DNA of 64,000 nucleotides from Octopus sinensis (lineage: Eukaryota), in the NCBI RefSeq assembly GCF_006345805.1, contig NC_043005.1:82088001-82152000 (forward strand), given 5' to 3'. Under the pieces are notes generated by a model that was given only the letters and a program-made list of their open reading frames with translations, was not told where the DNA came from and ran no database searches. The translations under genes and the position numbers were made by a program. Positions 55,821 to 64,000 of the stretch are shown one piece after another. Within the stretch, counting starts at the first letter, position 1. Each line of letters begins with the position of its first letter.

Positions 55821-56850
55821 AACCCTCTAAATATCAATAAGAACAATCAACGAGAGCAGCTTTGCTTTTTATTTTAGCATTGTTGACGTAACAAGCACCA
55901 GTTAATTAACCGGGTGGATGTAATCAACTAATTATTAGCCGTTATTCTTGACGAAGGCAATATTAGAGTGTAACAGCCATATATGTATCATACTTTATAT
56001 GTATGTACACTATTCACAGGCCAGTTACTACGGTATTTTACTGAAATAACATCTGGCAGAGAAAAATCACCCCAGCATCGGCCAGTAAGAACGACATAAG
56101 TATTTTTGAGCTTTTTGGGCTTTTCAATGACGTGTATTCGTACGGCAGGACGGGCCAACTAGCTAGAATCATCCTCAATTTCTGTGGCTTTTTATTCATG
56201 TTAGACCTGTTTATAAATTCAGACGCAATTCAGAAGATGAGTGTTGCTATATACAATTTATTCTTCCTTTACTCCTCTGTGTTCTGAGATCGCATATCAT
56301 TAAACAATATTAAAAATAAGCTACAGTCGTGTAGGGAGATTGATTTGCTTTGATTCCTTCTACAAAATACTTGTTCAGTATATTACACCCACCGCTTACA
56401 ACCTGTAAAACGAAATTGTTTGATATTCGATTTATATATTCTCATTAGTGATAGGTGCTATCTATGACATTTAGCAAATAATTCATTAAAGATATTCTGT
56501 ATTAGAAACAGAAATGTTAAAATTCAAATTATATTCATTAATAAGTCCCACTGCGATATATGAAGACGACTCTGATATAAAATATATATTGTATTTACGT
56601 GATGTTAATGTTAGTTTGCTATTATTATCACTTGACTGCACAGTTTCTATTAAAATTGTCATTGAAATCATAGAACAGACTACGTGAATTCAAAATAAAT
56701 TACTTCATACTGAGATCAATGCGTTATTCGATCTGAATGGTAACATGATTCCATCAGATTAAAATATGAATTGTTTTTACGCATATGCATGTGCGATGGC
56801 GGTTACAAACTTTCGTAAATGTATCTAAACATGTGTGTATATGTGTGTGT

Positions 56851-56970
56851 GGATTAGTGGTTAGGGTTTTCAGCTCATGATCGTATCGTAGTGAGTTCGA
56901 TTGTTTTAAGCAAGGCATTTTATTTCACCTTAAACCAGTCCACCCAAGTGACAAAAATGAGTTGTACTTC
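56851..56970 (+). mobile_element. tRNA-derived SINE head (family D), truncated
   Basis: AGTGGTTAGGG...GTGAGTTCGATT A/B-box-like motifs followed by GCAAGGCATTTTATTTCAC. Confidence 0.55.
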
Positions 56971-56984
56971 TTTTCTACTCAAAG

Positions 56985-57150
56985 CACAAGACCCGAAAAT
57001 TTTGGGGAGGAAGCCAGTCGATTAGATTCACCCCAGTGCGAAACTTATACTTAATTTATTGACCCCGAAAGTGGAAATGCAAAATCGACCTCGGCAGAAT
57101 TTGAACTCAGAACGTAAAAACAAACAAAATTCCGCTAAGCACTTCTCATT
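56985..57150 (-). mobile_element. Family B SINE (alternative tail)
   Basis: AAATCGACCTCGGCAGAATTTGAACTCAGAACGTAA...CCGCTAAGCA. Confidence 0.8.
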
Positions 57151-57344
57151 CAAAGGTCTAGCGTTGTCACATTTTGTGTCATGCTGAATCTCCCTAAGAA
57201 CTTCACTCAATGTACGCCTGATTGAGTAGTGCTCAGTTACGTGTACGTTATTGTCACGCGCAAATTTTCCGTTCATCGGATTCACTGGAACACTCATCCT
57301 CGTTACTGATGGAATACTAGATATATGTGGACAGACACACACAA

Positions 57345-57680
57345 AAAAAATGCGGTTTCGATTCCAAGACTGGGCGTTGTGAGTGTTTATTGAGTAAAAA
57401 CACCTAAAGCTCCACAAGGTTTAGGTAGGGGATGATGGCGAATCCTGCTGTACTCTTTCACCACAACTTTCTCTCACTCTTTCTTTCTGTTTCTGATTGT
57501 ACCTGTATTTCAAAGGGCCGGCCTTGTCACACTCTGTGTTACACTGAATCCGCCTGAGAACTACATTAAGGGTGCTGGGTCTGTGGAGTGCTCAGCCACT
57601 TGCACGTTAATTTCACGAGCACACTGTTCAGTTAATAGGATCAGATGGAACCTTCGTCGTCGTGATCGACGGAGTGCCAC
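57345..57680 (+). mobile_element. Family C SINE, tail type 2 (an older copy of the same tail lies at ~57150-57320)
   Basis: GCGGTTTCGATTCC B box, shared core, tail ...GCACGTTAATTTCACGAG...GACGGAGTGCCAC. Confidence 0.85.
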
Positions 57681-57883
57681 GATATGGCTTGTAACCTGAG
57701 TCGGATTTGCGTCGGATTTGGTACTTATGTATCTATTCTATCACACCAACACCAGAGACATTCATTGTTGTTTTCCATTACCATGAACATTTTGTTATTG
57801 TACCCAGCCATCTTTGAAGTTCTACACGTTGATGTGCGTAGATTCTATTGAATCGCATAATTCATTTCTATCTACATCAAATA

Positions 57884-57968
<85 letters not shown>

Positions 57969-57987
57969 GCCTATCTATCTATCTATA

Positions 57988-58080
<93 letters not shown>
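57884..58080. repeat. (ATCT)n microsatellite
   Basis: Visible. Confidence 0.97.
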
Positions 58081-58132
58081 CTGTGCACACATGTATTAAA
58101 GTAAGTATGCATAACTTTCTATTCATACATAA

Positions 58133-58170
<38 letters not shown>

Positions 58171-58452
58171 CACAAACTCTCACACAGTTGCTCATGTATT
58201 ATGTATACCAATCTATATACTTATTAATTATTTTTATATATACATTGAGTTTTATATAAATGATATAAAATATGTACATATGTACACACGCATACATATA
58301 AGTAATTCACTATGTTTATGAGTGAGATAAGAAATATAAATGACGAATATTTTTGATCATACATATATATATATATATGTATGTGTGGATATACACATGT
58401 GTGGATATATATGTATATGAGGTATACATATATATACATGTGGAAGAGGATG

Positions 58453-58492
<40 letters not shown>

Positions 58493-58570
58493 TATATGTA
58501 CGTATATGTGTGCGTGTGAGTGCGGGCGTATATATACATACATATGTATATATATATTTCTGAATGGGTG

Positions 58571-58612
<42 letters not shown>

Positions 58613-59231
58613 CGTGTGTGTGTGTTTGTGTATTCGTAATTGGTCGCATAAATAAATATTTGTATACCTATATGTTCACATTGTCTTCATAACCGGAAAT
58701 ATGAAGTTTAGTGAATACCATGCCTGGTGAGTTGTAGCATTTCAAAATGAAACAGATGTATTAAAATAATTATATTAAGTTTCTCTGTTTCTTTATTGTC
58801 AAAGCTTAGAATAAAACTAAATTAAATATTCAGTCTGATCATTAATGTCAAATATTTTAATATGATATTTGATTTATTGTAGTTCGTGGTAAAAACTTAT
58901 AGTCAACAAACGAGCAAAAAAAAAAAAAAAGAAACCGATTAAGCTATAAATCACGAACTTCCCTTCCATTCATAATTGATAAAGTCAAATAACTGACATT
59001 ATGTATTTTGTTTTAATTTCAGGTAGGTAAATTTCAATAATTTATCGAAAATTTTGGAGTATTAATTTCAAGAACTGAAAATGAATCTCAGAGGTTGGTC
59101 ATCATCTTTTGTATTCTAAATACATTTTTGCATGTTTTTTTCAGCGTAAATATTTGAATATATTTTCCATTTATGTCTCTTTAAATATATGAATAAATAT
59201 ATCTATGTATACATTCTGCCCACCGAACACA

Positions 59232-59285
<54 letters not shown>

Positions 59286-60312
59286 CTCTCACTCTCACTC
59301 ACCAAACACATAGGCAAACACACAGACGTATATACGTATATACCGGTATATGTATATGTACATTTATATATATATGTGTGCATATAGGTATAGCTAAATG
59401 TAGATATACGTGTGTGTGTGTGTGTGTGTGAATAGCTTGTGAATTTCGAAATTTCGGCAGACGTGAAATATAGGATTTCTTTAAACTCTAAAACACGAAG
59501 TAAAATAAGCCATTTTAACTGCTCGATGGAAAAATTGAAGTCTGTCGATATTTTCTTACCTAACGGGTATTTTTCTTAATATATACATGATGTTACTTGC
59601 AACTTTATATTCCTCACTGACCATAGATTTAATTAAAAACAACCGCACCCATATTGAAACTTACACATAAAAAATACTTTCAAAGATACACTCATAGATA
59701 CACATTAATTGGAACACACATATACACACACGCTATATAAATATACATGTATGCGTCTGCGTGTTACGTTAAAAAATTGTATAAATTTTGCGTAATAAAA
59801 ACTTGATAACTTCGTACTTGCTCAAACATATATCTTATAATGTTTAAGGTATAACACGTAATGATATATTTAATGAAGAGTGAAATGGCCAAGATATTGA
59901 GTTAAGGAATGATACGTATAGAGTGAAATCCATTCAAAAGTGCATCAGACCTGAAGGAAAGACATGGAGTTAGGAGCAAGTAATAAGGGGGTAATATCTT
60001 CGAGAATTCACACAGAACTGTATAAATGTCAGACTTGAAGTTCCCTTGGGGATTTAGAAGAAGATTCTTGAACGGAGCATGCATAAACTACACATTGACG
60101 AAAGTAATTTTTGAGAAGTATTTGGAATTCTTATTCAATCAAAACTGGAAGTTTACACTGGGAAAAAAAGAATTGGAGCGTAAAATGCTCAATACACTAA
60201 TACAGATGGGGATTTATATATAATAATAATAATATGAGGGAATATTATTCCAAACTTACAGGGAAAAATTCAATTTAGAAATACTAAATAAAATTTCACA
60301 AAATATAATATA

Positions 60313-60353
<41 letters not shown>

Positions 60354-60368
60354 ATATATATTATATAT

Positions 60369-60441
<73 letters not shown>

Positions 60442-62289
60442 AATTAGAACGAAACCACCTTTTATCAATTGAAAATGAAAAATTAAATTACACCATTTTG
60501 ATTTGATAAAAGGTGTTTTTTTTCTAATATATATATATCCTAAATAATACAAACCTCTGTCAATACATTAAAGACATGATTTTCAAGTATGGCCGAATTT
60601 TAGGGTTTTAAATATGGCAAAAATCATTTTATTTGGTTTGTTTTAATTACATTCGTATTTAAATTGAATGAATTCTTACAAATAAAAAAAGAATAAAATT
60701 ACGGTTGTATTTGCATTCGCATAACTAATTACTAATATTTCTGAAGTATTAAAACTCAACTCTAATAGAATTTCATTCTATTGTACTTCCATTTGTTTTT
60801 GATAAAATTCACAGTCAATGAGTAATCTGTGATTGATTGTCTTAGTTCTTCACCAATTCCCGGATACGTGATGGAATGGTTGAAATGGAATAACACAAGT
60901 CTTTTTTTTAAATTCAATTTCTTCTTTGTTTCTTTGGTTCCTTTTGAAACAGCATTGAAAAATCAAATTTCAAAGACACGTATAAAAGCAATGCATGCAT
61001 CGCCTCTCTTCTGATAAATTTGGATAAAAAATGCACGATACTGGAGCACATTTTTCTGATTGATTTCTTATCAAACATGTCTCTTGTTTCATGATTAGAT
61101 ATTTTGACTACAGAAATGTATCGTAAGAATCTACACTAAACTTTGTACCTGAAAACTTAAATACACTGGCTTGTAATCCAACTACTCAGCATTCGGTGCA
61201 GGAAATATGCACTAAATTCTTTATACAGTGTATTCTAATTATTGCAAGTATGACAACTAGAAAATTCTAGAAGTGCCATTCTTCACTACTTACAAAACCA
61301 ATTACTGAAGAATTCTTTAATTTTGCTACATTTTAAAATAATTTCATCTCAACGTTTTCGTCTTTGGTTACGAAACCCTTCAAGGAATCAATAGATTTAA
61401 TGAGTTATCATTCCATCTGGCGTCTGATGGTTTCATCAATTCAGCTGCTCAAAAACTTTAATCAAAGTAGGCATACTGCATTGTATCATTATACAGCTCA
61501 GAAAGAAATTACCACGTAACCATGATTTTCTAAAAGGAGAGGACTTTGGACACATCCGTTATCCAAAATGACATATTGAGTTCTTTTTTCTCTTCAAATG
61601 TATCATGTATTTACGTAGAAATGATGCAAGTGAGAGCGTGCATCCATGGCAATATATAATTAAGTCGAGATCATGAGCTAAGAGCTTTTCCCATAATAAA
61701 ATTCGCAATTGGGTTGTTTGATCTCTGACCTTCTTTGTTGAAGGCAGAATTATTTGTGACATCTGATGGAACATAAAATCCTTTCGCTTTTGAAACTCGC
61801 CTTTTCATAGAAACTGAAATGCAGATCTTGCTTCTGACATCGCTGGCGTGTCATTAGTCCAGATTATTCTTTATCATACAAATCATTTCCTGATTCCATG
61901 GGAGATGAAAATAAAATACCGGACAATATAAAAAAAAACGCAATTGCCATAGGTAGAAATACCTCAGCTTAGAGAAATGGTTGCTAGTCTTCTCGTGAAC
62001 AGTCAGGATACACTTTGTGTACAGATTAAATAGTTAATTCTCACATTGCCGCAATGCTAAATGTTTTGGTACGCGAAAATTCCATGACTCAACACAATAT
62101 ATTTATTATATAGAAGGTATATTAAAATTTACATGTTTTTTTACTATTTAAAAAAACGAGAAAATTCTTGAAATTAAATTATTGAAATGGAAAAAAAATA
62201 TACATAATCTTGATAAGATGTTCATCCGTAAATATGCATAATATGCATGTATTGATGAATACTTGAATGCATAAAGATGTTTGTGAGTA

Positions 62290-62333
<44 letters not shown>

Positions 62334-62764
62334 TGTATGTATGTGAGTAAATACACGCACCTGCTATAAATGTAGAGAAGCAGATATATATTATAATGTT
62401 TATATGTACGCAGGTGTTTTTATGTGTGTGTGCTTGTGTATCTATAAATCCGTGACAATGTATGCTGATTAGGAATATTTTATGTATTTTTGTGTGAAGT
62501 CGATGTTTTACATATGTAAATATCCATTAAGTAATAGAGAGATATGTTATGAAAATTTGATAAGCATATTGCCTATGCATAGGTGTATCTGTTTCATTCA
62601 CTGTTTATGCGTGAGTAATGAGGCTGTGAGAGAGGGAGAGAGAAGGAAAGTGAGAAAGTGAAACATACCTATATGTCTCTGTGTGTGCCCTTAGCAATAT
62701 TTAAAGTTGGATAAAATTTCTGATATGACAATATAACAACCCCCTCTCTCTCCCTCACTCGCTT

Positions 62765-62796
62765 TATATATAAATATATATATATATATACACATA

Positions 62797-62839
<43 letters not shown>

Positions 62840-63246
62840 GTATTGTATGAGTAGGTATATATATGCATATATATATATACACATATGTATGTATATGTAT
62901 GTATATATATGCATATATATATATGCACATATATATATATGCACATATATATTATATATATATACACACATATTTTATATATCTATATATATATATACAC
63001 ATATGTATATATATGTATGTATATATATATGCATATATATATATGCACACACATATATATATATATACATATACATTTTATATATATATATATATATACA
63101 TATATATTTATATATATATATATATAATATATACATATATATCTTATATATAATATATATAGATACATATATTATATAAATATATATAATATATACACAT
63201 ATATATTTATTATATATAATATATATTATATGCATATATATATATA

Positions 63247-63335
<89 letters not shown>
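62765..63335. repeat. Compound (TA)n/(CA)n microsatellite
   Basis: Visible. Confidence 0.95.
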
Positions 63336-63338
<3 letters not shown>

Positions 63339-63467
63339 TCATCACATAAGTAATGCAGTTTTTCAAATGCATGAACTAAAATTCGGAGGCGGACAGGACA
63401 AATTGCTGCCTGTGTCACCTTGCTATAAAAGCAGGGAGTAATTTTACCTTATACTTATTCTTAGTGT

Positions 63468-63770
63468 GGAGCCACATGGCCTAGTGGTTAGAGCAGCGGA
63501 CACGCGATCGAGGGTTCGCGGGTCCGAATCTCAGCTCGGGTGATGTTTGTGTTTACGAGCGAAACATCTACACTCCACGCGGCTCCGACAGAAGGTAATG
63601 GCGAACTTCTGCTGACTTTTTCGCCCCAACTTTCCCTCACTCTTTCCTCCTGCATCTAGCAGCTCTCCTGTGACAGACCGGCGTCCGGCCTATGTGGGGA
63701 GCCTATACGCCGGGAATCTGGCCCTTCTGTCCCAGGCATCGGTCAAGAAGGAACAAACAACAACAACAAC
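63468..63770 (+). mobile_element. Family C tRNA-derived SINE, tail type 3 with (AAC)n end and ~12-bp TSD
   Basis: A box TGGCCTAGTGG, B-box-like GGGTCCGAATC; TSD TTATTCT(T/C)AGTG at 63455-63466 and 63773-63784. Confidence 0.88.
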
Positions 63771-64000
63771 ATTTATTCTCAGTGCAAGTTCTGAAGAGTG
63801 CAGTTCGATTTTAACAATTATTTTTCAAAGCTATAATGGAAATGACTCATTATGCATATTTTGCATAATGAATTCAATAACGTCAACAATAAATGTCAAT
63901 AAAGTTACAACGGAAGTGTGAGGAGTACTAATGCAGTATTTGGGGATCGAACAATAATCGAAAGCCATTATCAACGGTAGTTCCAGAAATTCCGAGCCGA

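Noticed and set aside
63385-63435. GGCGGA plus TATAAAAG promoter-like motifs
   Set aside because: Common short motifs in AT-rich DNA; no downstream gene evidence (a SINE follows).

Overview
Very AT-rich, microsatellite-saturated eukaryotic DNA. The recognisable SINE families (CORE-type, Meta/Sauria-type, tRNA-Arg-like) suggest an octopod cephalopod (Octopus-like) genome; that assignment is an inference. I cannot support any intact protein-coding gene: nearly all ORFs in the supplied track are translations of (TA)n, (CA)n, (ATCT)n or trinucleotide repeats. The window looks like a large intron or intergenic region filled with mobile-element remnants: three to four tRNA-derived SINE families, 3' ends of two CR1/Jockey-group LINEs and an R4/Dong-type RLE LINE, Tc1 and mariner transposase remnants, Tigger-like and mariner MITEs, a Helitron-like piece, an 11-bp minisatellite and a near-perfect ~983-bp tandem duplication. 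The most interesting signal is a set of minimal hammerhead-ribozyme (HHR) motifs in several unrelated repeats. Two complete copies lie in an inverted pair of (AAT)n-containing elements, one with a tRNA-like head (29595-29640 minus; 30066-30111 plus); their palindromic zero-loop stem III implies dimeric self-cleavage. Other notable points: repeated SINE insertion next to GGTATT, a SINE/LINE shared 3' tail, and SINE tail swapping. Several short exon candidates exist on both strands but are not clearly above noise. Coordinates of degenerate repeats are approximate.
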